DNA from: an uncultured Thermoplasmatales archaeon
GTDB lineage: Archaea > Thermoplasmatota > E2 > UBA202 > DSCA01
Assembly: GCA_964514975.1 (NCBI GenBank)
Contig: CAZESS010000004.1
Coordinates: 33,708-97,707, forward strand
Direction of reading: 5' to 3'
DNA: 64,000 nucleotides
How positions within the stretch are numbered: position 1 is the first letter of the stretch; each line of letters opens with the position of its first letter. The notes under the pieces were generated by a model that was given only the letters and a program-made list of their open reading frames with translations, searched no databases and was not told the DNA's origin. A program made the translations under genes and the position numbers. Below, piece by piece: positions 1 through 9,098 of the stretch.

Positions 1-1648
1 AATCCGCGGGAAAGTTTTTCTCGAACGCCTCGCGGTTTTCGAAGGGATAATGCCACTGCGCGAAAAACGCTGAGCCGGAGTCATACCAGGCGTCGATGAC
101 GTCGGGCTCCCTCTCCATGGCCCCGTTGCATTCCGGGCAGGAAAGCTCGAGCTCGTCGACGAACGGACGGTGGAGATTGTAGTCTCTCGGTACCTCCGCG
201 GCATGCTCGCAAAGCTCCGCAACGCTCCCGATGCATATCTCATGGTCGCATTCCTGGCATGTCCAGATGGGCAGTGGCGTCCCCCAGTAGCGCTTCCTGG
301 ACAGCGACCAATCACGCGCTTCCTCGATGAACCCGCCGAAGCGCCCGTGCTTGAGATGCTCGGGGTACCAGTCGATGTGCTCGTTGTTGTCCATGAGCTC
401 CTCGCGCAGCCTGGACATCGTGATGAACCATGATTCGATGGCGTAGTAGAGCAATGGCGAGCTGCAGCGCCAGCAAAACGGGTACTGATGGGTGACCTCG
501 TGCGACGCGAGCAGCAGCCCGCGCTCCTCCAGGTCGGCGATGATATCCGGGTCGGCGTCCTTGACAAATTGCCCGGCCCATTTTTCAACCTCGGGCGGAA
601 ACGTGCCGTCTTCATCCACCAGCTGCACCACGGGCAGGTCGTTTTCTTTGCCAGCCTCGTAGTCTTCCTCTCCGAAGGCGGGGGCGATGTGCACGACGCC
701 GGTGCCGTCGTCCATCGTTACGTAGCCGGCGGTGATGACGCGCCATGCCGGCCTGTCTGGTTCAGCGTAGCGGTACAGGGGCTCATATTCCATGCCCTCC
801 AGCTCCTCGCCCTTCCATGCATCCAGCATCCGGATTTCGTCGTCCTCGAACAGCTCGATGGCACGTTGCTCCGCCAGGATGAGCTCCTCGCCCTGGTACT
901 CGATTTTGACGTAGAGCTCGTCGGGGTGGACGGCCAGCGCCACGTTGGATATCAGCGTCCAGGGCGTCGTCGTCCACGCCAGCAGAAACGCATCGCTGTC
1001 CCTGACCCTGAACTTGATGTATATCGAGGGGTCGGTGACCTCCTTGTAGCCCTGCGCGACCTCGTGCGAGGACAGCGTCGTGCCGCAGCGCGGGCAGTAC
1101 GGGGTGACACGGTGGCCACGAGTGAGCAATCCTCGTTTCCAGGCCTGCTTGAGCGACCACCAGACCGACTCGATGTAATCATTTTTGAGTGTGACATATG
1201 GATGCTCCATGTCCAGCCAGAAGCCCACGCGCTCGGTCATCTGTTTCCAGGCCTCCTCGTAGCGGAACACGCTCTCCTGGCATTGCTCGTTGAAGCGCTC
1301 GATGCCGTAGTCCTCTATCTCCTGTTTTTCCTCGAGCCCCAGTGATTTTTCGACCTCTATCTCGACGGGCAGCCCATGGGTGTCCCAGCCGGCTTTGCGT
1401 GCAACGTAGTAGCCCTGCATGGTCCTGTAACGGAGGACCACATCCTTTATCGTCCTCGTCAGCACGTGCCCGGGGTGCGGCAGCCCGTTGGCGGTCGGCG
1501 GCCCCTCGAGGAATACGAAGGGCTCATTATCGCGGCGCTGCTCCATTGATTTCTCAAAAATGTGGTTGTTCCGCCAGAACGTGATGACGTCCTGCTCGAC
1601 GCTCGGTGGGTCATACTGCTGCGGTTCCCGGTCGCTGTCGGCGCTCAT
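1..1648 (-). CDS. ileS: Isoleucyl-tRNA synthetase, N-terminal part (runs off the window start); IleRS2-like
   Basis: Manual translation from ATG at 1648: MSADSDREPQQYDPP...FVFLEGPPTANGLPHPGHVLTRTIKD, then GWDTHGLP, WTTTPWTL and DWSLSRKRYWGTPLPIW. Absent from the ORF track because it has no stop in the window. Confidence 0.95.
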   Translation of the reverse strand, partial: MSADSDREPQQYDPPSVEQDVITFWRNNHIFEKSMEQRRDNEPFVFLEGPPTANGLPHPGHVLTRTIKDVVLRYRTMQGYYVARKAGWDTHGLPVEIEVEKSLGLEEKQEIEDYGIERFNEQCQESVFRYEEAWKQMTERVGFWLDMEHPYVTLKNDYIESVWWSLKQAWKRGLLTRGHRVTPYCPRCGTTLSSHEVAQGYKEVTDPSIYIKFRVRDSDAFLLAWTTTPWTLISNVALAVHPDELYVKIEYQGEELILAEQRAIELFEDDEIRMLDAWKGEELEGMEYEPLYRYAEPDRPAWRVITAGYVTMDDGTGVVHIAPAFGEEDYEAGKENDLPVVQLVDEDGTFPPEVEKWAGQFVKDADPDIIADLEERGLLLASHEVTHQYPFCWRCSSPLLYYAIESWFITMSRLREELMDNNEHIDWYPEHLKHGRFGGFIEEARDWSLSRKRYWGTPLPIWTCQECDHEICIGSVAELCEHAAEVPRDYNLHRPFVDELELSCPECNGAMEREPDVIDAWYDSGSAFFAQWHYPFENREAFEKNFPAD

Positions 1649-1690
1649 TGGAGGGATAAAGCACGTGCCGTTAAAACATTTTTGCTACTG

Positions 1691-2926
1691 CTACAGATTG
1701 AACACGAGCGCCCGTATCTCCTGCTCCCGGGCGTTGCCGGCGGTGTCGACGGCTCGTGCCTCGATGCTGTGGAACAACACCGCCCGCTCGTTCCATACAA
1801 CGGTGTAGGGTGCCTCACGGTCGACCGCCAGCAACTCGCCGTCTATGGAAAACGCGACATGGTCGACCGCGCTGTCGTTGTCCACGGCGCTGACCTCTAT
1901 GGTGATGCCGCCAACGATGACCGATGCGTCGAATGGCAGTGGCGCCGCCTCGTTGTCCTGCACGTAGAGCATGCCCTGCCGTGGTCGCTGAAAGGACAGC
2001 ACAGGGGGCTCCCAGTCCTCCTCGGTGAGCGTGGCGAGCTCGGTCAGGGTGCCGACCATGAGCCGGGTGACCCTGGTCGCATAGTCAAGGTCCATCTTGT
2101 CGATGGTGTCATCCGGCGAGTGGTAGTAGTCGTTGAACTCGTATTCGAAGAAAAAGGTTGCGTTGAACCCGTAGCGGATGAAGGAATGATGGTCGCTGTA
2201 GGGATGGCTGGGCTCCCTCGCCACGGTGAGGTTGAGCGCATGGTAGCGGCCGGTGACATTGATTGACATGTTGGTTATCCACTGCGATGCAGGGGTTTCC
2301 TGTACCTCGATGGTGTGCCGCCCTACGTCGCTTTTGGCGTAGCCGATCATGTCGGCGTTGAGGACGCCCACAATGTTTTCATGGCTCTCGTTGGCCTCCC
2401 TGGCGTATTCGTGGCTGCCGAGCAGGCCCTCCTCCTCGCCTGAAAACGTGACGAAGCGGACGGTGTGCTGGAACCGGTAGCTGCTGAGCGTATGCGCTGC
2501 GGCGAGCACCGCCGCCACGCCGGAGCCGTCGTCGTCGGCGCCCGGCGAGCCCGGGACGGTGTCATAGTGGGCGCAGATGACATAGACGCGGTCGCTCGTC
2601 TGGTTGACGCCGGGCAGTGTCGCCTCGACGTTGACGCCCTCGTAGCCGTTGTACTCCCACTCGTGCATCCGGACCGACAGGTCGTAGGAGGAAAAAGCAC
2701 CGGCGATGTAGTCGGCTGCCTCCTGGCACTCCGAAGTTTCGGTGACCCGGGGACCGATGTCCTGCAGGGCCTGGACGTAGCCCGTGACCATGCTCTGGCT
2801 GACGTCGTCCATGACGTCGCCGGTGTCAATCGAGGCGTGTGCAACGGCGAGGGATGCATCAAAAACAGCGAACGACGGTGCCACCAGGCAGACCGCGACC
2901 AGCATGACTCCAAGCGCTTTGTGCAT
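1691..2926 (-). CDS. Secreted M28-family zinc aminopeptidase with a C-terminal Ig-like domain
   Basis: Signal peptide; M28 motifs ICAHYDT, PGADDDGSG, FSGEEEGLLGS, NADMIG, SDH, YHSPDDT; C-terminal Ig-like segment ending ARAVDTAGN. Confidence 0.9.
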   Translation of the reverse strand: MHKALGVMLVAVCLVAPSFAVFDASLAVAHASIDTGDVMDDVSQSMVTGYVQALQDIGPRVTETSECQEAADYIAGAFSSYDLSVRMHEWEYNGYEGVNVEATLPGVNQTSDRVYVICAHYDTVPGSPGADDDGSGVAAVLAAAHTLSSYRFQHTVRFVTFSGEEEGLLGSHEYAREANESHENIVGVLNADMIGYAKSDVGRHTIEVQETPASQWITNMSINVTGRYHALNLTVAREPSHPYSDHHSFIRYGFNATFFFEYEFNDYYHSPDDTIDKMDLDYATRVTRLMVGTLTELATLTEEDWEPPVLSFQRPRQGMLYVQDNEAAPLPFDASVIVGGITIEVSAVDNDSAVDHVAFSIDGELLAVDREAPYTVVWNERAVLFHSIEARAVDTAGNAREQEIRALVFNL

Positions 2927-3014
2927 ACATAGAGCAACGGCGGCTGAATTTAAATATTATGGCCACATCTGCTCCATCATTCCATGTCGTGTGCCGTTAT
3001 TGCTCCCACATCCC

Positions 3015-3118
3015 CCGGGGACGCCGATGACACCCCCGGATGGAGCCTCGGCAATGATGCACCAGCAGGAAAAGAAAAATGCCCTGAATACCGGGGCACC
3101 GGCATGAGCAGTCCCCGG
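3015..3118. repeat. Nested imperfect inverted repeat (long stem-loop) in an intergenic region
   Basis: ccggggac (3015-3022) pairs with gtccccgg (3111-3118); inner pairs gccg/cggc, ccccgg/ccgggg and ggca/tgcc. Confidence 0.5.
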
Positions 3119-3121
3119 ACG

Positions 3122-4105
3122 CTATCCCTCGAAGACGAGCTGCGGCGACCGGTCAAGGGTTACCCGGGGCATGCGCGCGCTGTAGCCGGCACGCGTCGAG
3201 CTGTCGTAGCTGTCCATGTCGGTCTCCTCCAGCATCTCGCGGCCGCGCTCCCTGGCCTTTTCAACGCTCATGTTTATCTTCATGACCTCGCCGGGGAGCG
3301 CCCGCTTCACCAGGAAGTTCCAGCCGGCGCCCGCGCCATAGGGCAGCCCCTCAAGCACCATCATGGTGTCTTCGACGGGATAGTTCCACATGCCGGTCGG
3401 GTCGTCCCCAAACTTGGCGAGGGGGACGCCCATCGCGACCTCGTATTCCGGGGTGAACGTGGGGTCGGTGGTGACCCATTCACCGTCGATGAGCACCTCC
3501 GCCGTGCCGTGCAGCATGAACGAGCCAAAGGCGTCATACCAGTGCTGGAGCACCCGGCTGGCGCCGATCATATTGTCATACATGGATTCAACGAGCGCAA
3601 GGCTGTACAGCCGATAGCGCGCCGACAGGCCGGCGGTGCGGCACAGGGCTGCAAAAAGCGACAGCTGGTGCAGGCAGGTTCCGCTGCCCCGCCGGAGCGT
3701 TTCAACGGCGCCGTCGAGCGGCACGAAGGAAAGCCTGATATTGTTTTTGACGAAGTCGAAGACCGCCTCAGCATATGCCCGGTCGGGAAGCTCAAATGCG
3801 CCGAGCCGGTGGGCCATGGCAACGATGTCGGGGGCATGGCTGTTGCAGAAATGTGTCGGGCGGAGATATCGCCTGTTTTCGTCATAATAGCGCATGTCGT
3901 CATGGTGCTCGGGTACACTATAGGGCGGGTCGGCCTGTATCGCCTCCCGGTCGATATGTTTGGCCGCCTTGTTAGCCCTGACGACGGCGACGGGATGCAA
4001 AAGGATGCCCTTCAAAAGCGCGGGGATGGTCCGTGCGACGTTTTTGAACATCCGCCAGGGCATGATGTAGTTTTTTTCCCTGACCTCTCTGAGCCTCTGT
4101 ATCAC
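3122..4105 (-). CDS. Transglutaminase-like (Cys-His-Asp) domain protein
   Basis: GSGTCLHQLSLFAALCRTAGLSARY (catalytic Cys) and HGTAEVLIDGEWVTTDPT (His, Asp). Start overlaps the upstream stop (ATGA). Confidence 0.85.
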   Translation of the reverse strand: MIQRLREVREKNYIMPWRMFKNVARTIPALLKGILLHPVAVVRANKAAKHIDREAIQADPPYSVPEHHDDMRYYDENRRYLRPTHFCNSHAPDIVAMAHRLGAFELPDRAYAEAVFDFVKNNIRLSFVPLDGAVETLRRGSGTCLHQLSLFAALCRTAGLSARYRLYSLALVESMYDNMIGASRVLQHWYDAFGSFMLHGTAEVLIDGEWVTTDPTFTPEYEVAMGVPLAKFGDDPTGMWNYPVEDTMMVLEGLPYGAGAGWNFLVKRALPGEVMKINMSVEKARERGREMLEETDMDSYDSSTRAGYSARMPRVTLDRSPQLVFEG

Positions 4106-5511
4106 TGGCTCACCTCGTCGAGGTCGCTGAGCAGCATCTTGCGCATCTCCTCCGCGCAGCCCCGTATTTCCTCGCCGGCCATCCGGCTGACCTCGGGCTC
4201 CAGCACCGGTCCCTCGCGGCCGCAGACGGGGCAGCGCTCAAGCAGCTTCACCCGGTCGCCGGTGAAAATGAAGCCGGGGTAGCTCATTGCCAGGCCGTCG
4301 AGGAACGCGAACTTGCCGTATTCGCCGTAGCCGAGCGGCTGATTGCTCTCGTCGAGCACCATCGGCTGGATGTAGTTGTGCGGAATGTGCAGATAATGGC
4401 CCTCGGGGCACTGCATCATGAAAGCGTTGCTTTCCACCATCGCATAGAGGTCGAGGCACTGCCGGTCGGGGATCCCCAGATATTTCTCCACCTTGTCCCT
4501 GAAATCCTCGACGGGCAATCGCTTGTCCTCGTGGACCTTCCATCCACCGCCGGTGATCACGGCACCGCGCTCGCCGAAGTCGAAGCGCATGCCCTCCTGC
4601 TCCATCCGGTTCATGACCAGGTCGAGGATAAATGGGGCGCCAAAAAAGCCGATGTGCCGGCCGGTGGGCTCGAGGCGTTCAAGCCAGCTGATGATGTCGC
4701 CGACCATTTTCTGGTTGCGGCGCTTGGAGGTGAGCCGGGCGACGCCGCTCATCAGTTTTTCCTTCAACCCCTGCGGTCGTCCCATCGAGATGCGGATGAG
4801 GTCGGTGGTGATCTCGCGGTCGATGGCGACCTCGACGTTTTTCACGACGGCATTGGGGAGCACAGCGGTGACCTTGCCCACCCAGAGGTTGGTTTTGTGG
4901 GGATGCGGAAACAGCAGGTAGGCATCGGAGTCATATTCCCACCAGTCGCTCAGCATTTCCAGGCAGCATCGGGCGATGGCATATTCTGCATTGTGATAGG
5001 TCCGCCGGTCGCGGGGGATGAACGTAAACCGGCCGGTTGTGCCGCTGGAATATGCGATCGTGACACCGGAGCGCTCGAAGCTTTCGATGACGTCGTCATA
5101 GGTCGGCTCCGCCGAGTCAATCGTCACCCTGGGTATCTCCCCAGTCATGACGTTGGCGACCCACATGGCGAACTCTTTGCCCTCCGGGTAGTCCTTGAAA
5201 AACCGGTGGGAGAGCAATGGAATCCGGTGGAAGTCATCGAATCCCTTGATGTCATCGGGCGAGACGTCGTGCTCGCGGCAGAAGTCATGATAAAACGTGT
5301 TGTTTTCATAGTGATGTCTGAAGGCATGCCGGATGGCATCGAGCCGGTACCGCTCGGCCTGCTCCGCAGAGGTGCCATACATGCTCTGGGGCTCATAGAG
5401 CGCCACCTCCCCGGGATGCTGCGGGCCCTGTTCCGGCAGATAGCTGGCCAGGCGCCTGTTGACTTCTTCAAGAAACGGGGAATCGGTGTCTTTCGTTGTT
5501 GCAAATGCCAT
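4102..5511 (-). CDS. luxE: LuxE-family acyl-protein synthetase
   Basis: AFRHHYENNTFY N-terminus, YSSGTTG phosphate-binding loop, TGGGWK, DLYAMVE, YPGFIFTGD, CPVCGREG and C-terminal RGCA (acyl-acceptor Cys motif of LuxE). Confidence 0.85.
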   Translation of the reverse strand: MAFATTKDTDSPFLEEVNRRLASYLPEQGPQHPGEVALYEPQSMYGTSAEQAERYRLDAIRHAFRHHYENNTFYHDFCREHDVSPDDIKGFDDFHRIPLLSHRFFKDYPEGKEFAMWVANVMTGEIPRVTIDSAEPTYDDVIESFERSGVTIAYSSGTTGRFTFIPRDRRTYHNAEYAIARCCLEMLSDWWEYDSDAYLLFPHPHKTNLWVGKVTAVLPNAVVKNVEVAIDREITTDLIRISMGRPQGLKEKLMSGVARLTSKRRNQKMVGDIISWLERLEPTGRHIGFFGAPFILDLVMNRMEQEGMRFDFGERGAVITGGGWKVHEDKRLPVEDFRDKVEKYLGIPDRQCLDLYAMVESNAFMMQCPEGHYLHIPHNYIQPMVLDESNQPLGYGEYGKFAFLDGLAMSYPGFIFTGDRVKLLERCPVCGREGPVLEPEVSRMAGEEIRGCAEEMRKMLLSDLDEVSQ

Positions 5512-5742
5512 GGTATCTCCTGATAGGTGACGAATGATTGAGCGGTTGTTAAATAACGTTTTCTCAACGGGAATTGAACCCGGTTAAAAAAAATTTTAAC
5601 TCCTGTTGCCGGCACGCCGCATCCGACAAAAACGGCCACAATACATGTATACACGCACGGGATACACACACGTTAGATACAAATATCACAGAGCATCACC
5701 CGATGGCACACCGGCGACATTCCCTGTTCCGCCAAAAACAAC

Positions 5743-5752
5743 TTTTATATAA
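5743..5752 (+). promoter_or_regulatory. Archaeal TATA box of the rpl1 operon
   Basis: TTTTATATAA preceded by an A-rich BRE-like stretch, about 35 nt upstream of the rpl1 ATG. Confidence 0.6.
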
Positions 5753-5785
5753 CACATCGCCATTCCGATGTCTGTCGCGATTGCT

Positions 5786-6430
5786 ATGGCAGCTACAGAA
5801 ATAGTTACCGCAGTACAAAAAGCACTGGATGAAGACCACAACAAAAAACGGAACTTCACCCAGACCGTAGACCTGGCTATAAACCTCAAAGACATCGACA
5901 TGAACGAGCCCTCAAACCGCGTCGACGAAGAAATACACCTGCCGTCGGGACGAGGCGAAGACGCAAAGGTGGGCGTATTCGGCAGCGGAGAAATGGCTCT
6001 CAAGGCAAAAGAGGTTGCCGACGACGTCTTCGAACCCGACGAAATAGAGGACATCGCCGACGATGCCGCACAGGCCAAACAAATAGCGGAAACCTATGAC
6101 TTTTTCATCGCAGCGGCGCCACTCATGCCGAGCATCGGTAAACACCTCGGTCGGTTCCTGGGGCCCCGCGGCAAGATGCCGACACCGGTACCCCCGACGG
6201 TCGACATCGCCGACGAGGTCGAACGGCTCCGCCACACCGCCCGTATCCGCTCCCGAAGCGCCACCACGTTCCACTGCCGGGTGGGCACGGAAACCATGGA
6301 CCCGGAGGACATCGCCGACAACATCGACGCCATCCTCAAAATCCTCGAAGAAAAGCTGGAGCGCGGCCGCAACAACATCGACGCCATCTACGTGAAAACG
6401 ACAATGGGTAAACCCGTCGAGGTGGCCTAA
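5786..6430 (+). CDS. rpl1: 50S ribosomal protein uL1
   Basis: KRNFTQTVDLAINLKDID, LGRFLGPRGKMP, YVKTTMGKPV. Confidence 0.97.
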   Translation: MAATEIVTAVQKALDEDHNKKRNFTQTVDLAINLKDIDMNEPSNRVDEEIHLPSGRGEDAKVGVFGSGEMALKAKEVADDVFEPDEIEDIADDAAQAKQIAETYDFFIAAAPLMPSIGKHLGRFLGPRGKMPTPVPPTVDIADEVERLRHTARIRSRSATTFHCRVGTETMDPEDIADNIDAILKILEEKLERGRNNIDAIYVKTTMGKPVEVA

Positions 6431-7270
6431 ATGCCGGCACAGTGGAAGATAAAAGAAGTCCAGGAGCTCAAAGACATCATCGACAGCTCCCCCGTCGTCG
6501 GCATCGTCGACATCCACGGCATCCCGGCATCACAGATGCACGAAATGCGCCGGGAACTCCGCGGCGACGCCACCCTCAGAGTATCAAAAAACACCCTCAT
6601 CAAGCTCGCCCTCGCCGACAAAAACGGTCAGCAGGAACTGACCGACCACGTCGAGGGACAGAGCGCCATCATCGCCACCGACATGAACCCTTTCAAGCTC
6701 TACAAACGGCTGGAAGCAGCAAAGATGGACGCCCCGGCCAAGGGCGGCGAAACCGCGCCCCACGACATCGTGGTGCAGAAGGGCAAAACCCCGTTCAAGC
6801 CGGGCCCCATCGTCGGCGACCTGCAGCAGGTCGGCATCCCGGCAGCCATCCGCGAAGGTGCCATCGTCATCGAAAAAACGGTCACGGTCGCAAAAGAAGG
6901 CGAAACCATCGAACCCCGCATGGCGCAGATGCTGACCCAGCTCGAAATCTATCCGATGGAGGTCGGTCTCGACATCCGCGCCATCTACGAGGACGGCTCC
7001 CTGTTCATGCCGGACGTGCTCAGCATCGACGAGCAGGAGGTCATCGGCAACCTCAGGACAGCGATTGGCAGAGCAATGGCCCTCGCCCACGACATCGCAT
7101 TTCCTGCCGCACAGGTGCTGCCACAGCTCCTCCAGAAAGCGCATCGGGATGCGCTCGCGCTGGCGCTGGAAACCGACACCTACACCAAGGAAACCATTAC
7201 GCAGTTCATCGGTCGCGCTCATATGCAGGCGGCAACACTGGCAAAAGAGTTAAAAACCGAACCTGAATGA
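6431..7270 (+). CDS. rpl10: 50S ribosomal protein uL10 (P0)
   Basis: WKIKEVQEL, RVSKNTLI, TDMNPFKLY, APAKGGETAP, TPFKPGPIVGDLQ. Confidence 0.97.
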   Translation: MPAQWKIKEVQELKDIIDSSPVVGIVDIHGIPASQMHEMRRELRGDATLRVSKNTLIKLALADKNGQQELTDHVEGQSAIIATDMNPFKLYKRLEAAKMDAPAKGGETAPHDIVVQKGKTPFKPGPIVGDLQQVGIPAAIREGAIVIEKTVTVAKEGETIEPRMAQMLTQLEIYPMEVGLDIRAIYEDGSLFMPDVLSIDEQEVIGNLRTAIGRAMALAHDIAFPAAQVLPQLLQKAHRDALALALETDTYTKETITQFIGRAHMQAATLAKELKTEPE

Positions 7271-7291
7271 GGAAAAAAAGGTGATATAAAA

Positions 7292-7603
7292 ATGGAATAT
7301 GTATATGGAGCAATGCTTCTCCATTCCGCCGGAAAAGAGGTCAACGAGGAAAACCTGAGCAAGGTCCTGGACGCAGCGGGCATCGGTGTTGAAGATGCAC
7401 GCATCAAGGCGTTGACTGCCTCGCTCGACGGCGTCGACATCGAAGACGTCATCGCAAGCGCCGTTGCGGCACCGGCTGCAGCTGCACCGGCCGCGGCACC
7501 CGCCGAAGAGGGCGGCGCCGAGGAAGAGGAAGCGACGGAAGAGGAAGAAGAGGAAGTCAGCGAAGAAGAAGTCGAAGAAGGACTCGGCGCGCTGTTCGGC
7601 TGA
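7292..7603 (+). CDS. rpl12: 50S ribosomal stalk protein P1/L12
   Basis: [11 protein letters not shown], Ala-rich hinge, acidic tail ending GLGALFG; RBS AGGTGA upstream. Confidence 0.97.
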   Translation: MEYVYGAMLLHSAGKEVNEENLSKVLDAAGIGVEDARIKALTASLDGVDIEDVIASAVAAPAAAAPAAAPAEEGGAEEEEATEEEEEEVSEEEVEEGLGALFG

Positions 7604-7624
7604 GGCCGTTTCTTCTTTTCCGTC

Positions 7625-7646
7625 ACCGCCACCCGGCGGTTTTTTT
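7625..7646 (+). terminator. Hairpin plus oligo-T terminator after rpl12
   Basis: ACCGCC-accc-GGCGGT followed by a T-run. Confidence 0.6.
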
Positions 7647-7723
7647 CCTGTCTTTTATTTTTACTCGTGAGCCATGCGGCTAAAAAGATATAACTATATA
7701 AACCGGTTGGCATTTCACTGGTG

Positions 7724-8134
7724 ATGACTGACAGGCCGTACATCGTTCTCGTTGTCGACGATGAGGACACCATGCAGGACCTCATCCGGCGTAACCTGTC
7801 GCTGCTCGACCTGCCCGTCAAGGTCCACATGGCGCTGACCGGCGAGGAGGGCGTCGACATGTACAATGACCTGATGGACAGAGGATTGACCCCCGACCTG
7901 GTCATCATGGACCTCAACCTGACCCAGTGGGGTGAGGGGGAAATCGACGGCGTTGAGGCAACCCGGCGCATCCTGGACATCGATCCGGAGGCCCGCATCT
8001 ATGGCTACACGGCCTGGTTTGCAACCCGGTGGGCGAACGAGCTCGAAAAGGCCGGCGCTGAGGAGGTCATCGAGCGGACCACGCTGCCCTCCGACTTCCG
8101 CAAAATCGTTGCGGACATCCTGACGAAAGCCTAG
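7724..8134 (+). CDS. Stand-alone CheY-like response regulator receiver
   Basis: VLVVDDE, PDLVIMD (phospho-Asp), DGVEATRRI, YTA; the conserved Lys appears replaced by Arg. Confidence 0.85.
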   Translation: MTDRPYIVLVVDDEDTMQDLIRRNLSLLDLPVKVHMALTGEEGVDMYNDLMDRGLTPDLVIMDLNLTQWGEGEIDGVEATRRILDIDPEARIYGYTAWFATRWANELEKAGAEEVIERTTLPSDFRKIVADILTKA

Positions 8135-8180
8135 CCACGGATACATTTTTAAGGTCATGCTTATTGTAGGATTTGAGGAA

Positions 8181-9053
8181 ATGGCCACGATATGTGATAT
8201 CTGCGGGGAGGAAAATCCGGATGATGCCAAACGATGCGAGGCATGCAGCGCTCCGCTTGACGGCCCGTCGATAGCCGACCGGGTCGCCTCGGCCAAGGTT
8301 CTGGTCGCTCTTTTCGTAGCGGTGCTTCTCGTCATCGCGGCTATCATCATCGCGCCCATGCTCTACAACGAAGACAACGGCGGCAGCAGTGGTCCCGACG
8401 GCGACAACGACGGCATGCCCGACGACTGGGAGGAAGCCAACGGGCTCGACCCGGATGACCCCGCGGACAGAAACGGGGACCCGGACGGCGACGGGCTGTA
8501 CAACTATGAGGAATACCAGCTCGGCACCGACCCGCAAAACCCCGATACCGACGGCGACGGCGTTGAAGACGGGCTTGATCTCATACCGCTGAAAGACGCA
8601 GGCATCCAGATATCCATCGACTCCGTCAGGATAAACGACCCTGTTGACGGAATTCTCGACCAGAACATCAACGACCCCGCCGAGGCATTTATCCGCGTCT
8701 ATGTTGATGGAGAGCTCATCGGCGAGCTTCCAAGCGGCGGCCCCGTCGAGCTTGAAATCGACGTGGACGTCCGGCTCAACTGGAGTATGCGCGTCAACGT
8801 GTCGGATGACCGTTCACATATCATTCGTTTCGAGTTATTTGACAAGGACGCCATCGGGGAGCAACAGATAGACATCAACAAAGACCCGGATGACAAACAG
8901 CTGCTGGTCGAATATCATCTCGGGAACGAAATCGGCCGCAGCTACCAGGGTTCATCCGATGGCTCCGACGACGGCAACGACACCTTCTGGCGCGACGAAA
9001 AAGACGCGAAGATAACCTACACCATCACCACCATCGACATGCGCGCTCCCTGA
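8181..9053 (+). CDS. Membrane-anchored protein: zinc ribbon, one TM helix, Ca-binding DxDxDG repeats and an acidic extracellular domain
   Basis: CDICG...CEAC, hydrophobic helix, DGDNDGMPDDWE / DPDGDGL / DTDGDGVED repeats; RBS GAGG before ATG 8181. Confidence 0.75.
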   Translation: MATICDICGEENPDDAKRCEACSAPLDGPSIADRVASAKVLVALFVAVLLVIAAIIIAPMLYNEDNGGSSGPDGDNDGMPDDWEEANGLDPDDPADRNGDPDGDGLYNYEEYQLGTDPQNPDTDGDGVEDGLDLIPLKDAGIQISIDSVRINDPVDGILDQNINDPAEAFIRVYVDGELIGELPSGGPVELEIDVDVRLNWSMRVNVSDDRSHIIRFELFDKDAIGEQQIDINKDPDDKQLLVEYHLGNEIGRSYQGSSDGSDDGNDTFWRDEKDAKITYTITTIDMRAP

Positions 9054-9098
9054 ACGATGGAAAGAGTTGTTTAAATATCATGGTGTGCTTGTGGTATC

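Noticed and set aside
170-1584. Plus-strand ORFs such as 488-1345 (285 aa)
   Set aside because: Antisense shadows of ileS, which fills the minus strand; no recognisable motifs.
4102-5511. Bioluminescence (lux) operon
   Set aside because: Only a luxE homolog is present; no luxA/B, luxC or luxD in the window.
2984-5523. Long plus-strand ORFs 2984-4282 and 4378-5523
   Set aside because: Antisense to the transglutaminase and luxE genes; expected from high-GC codon bias.
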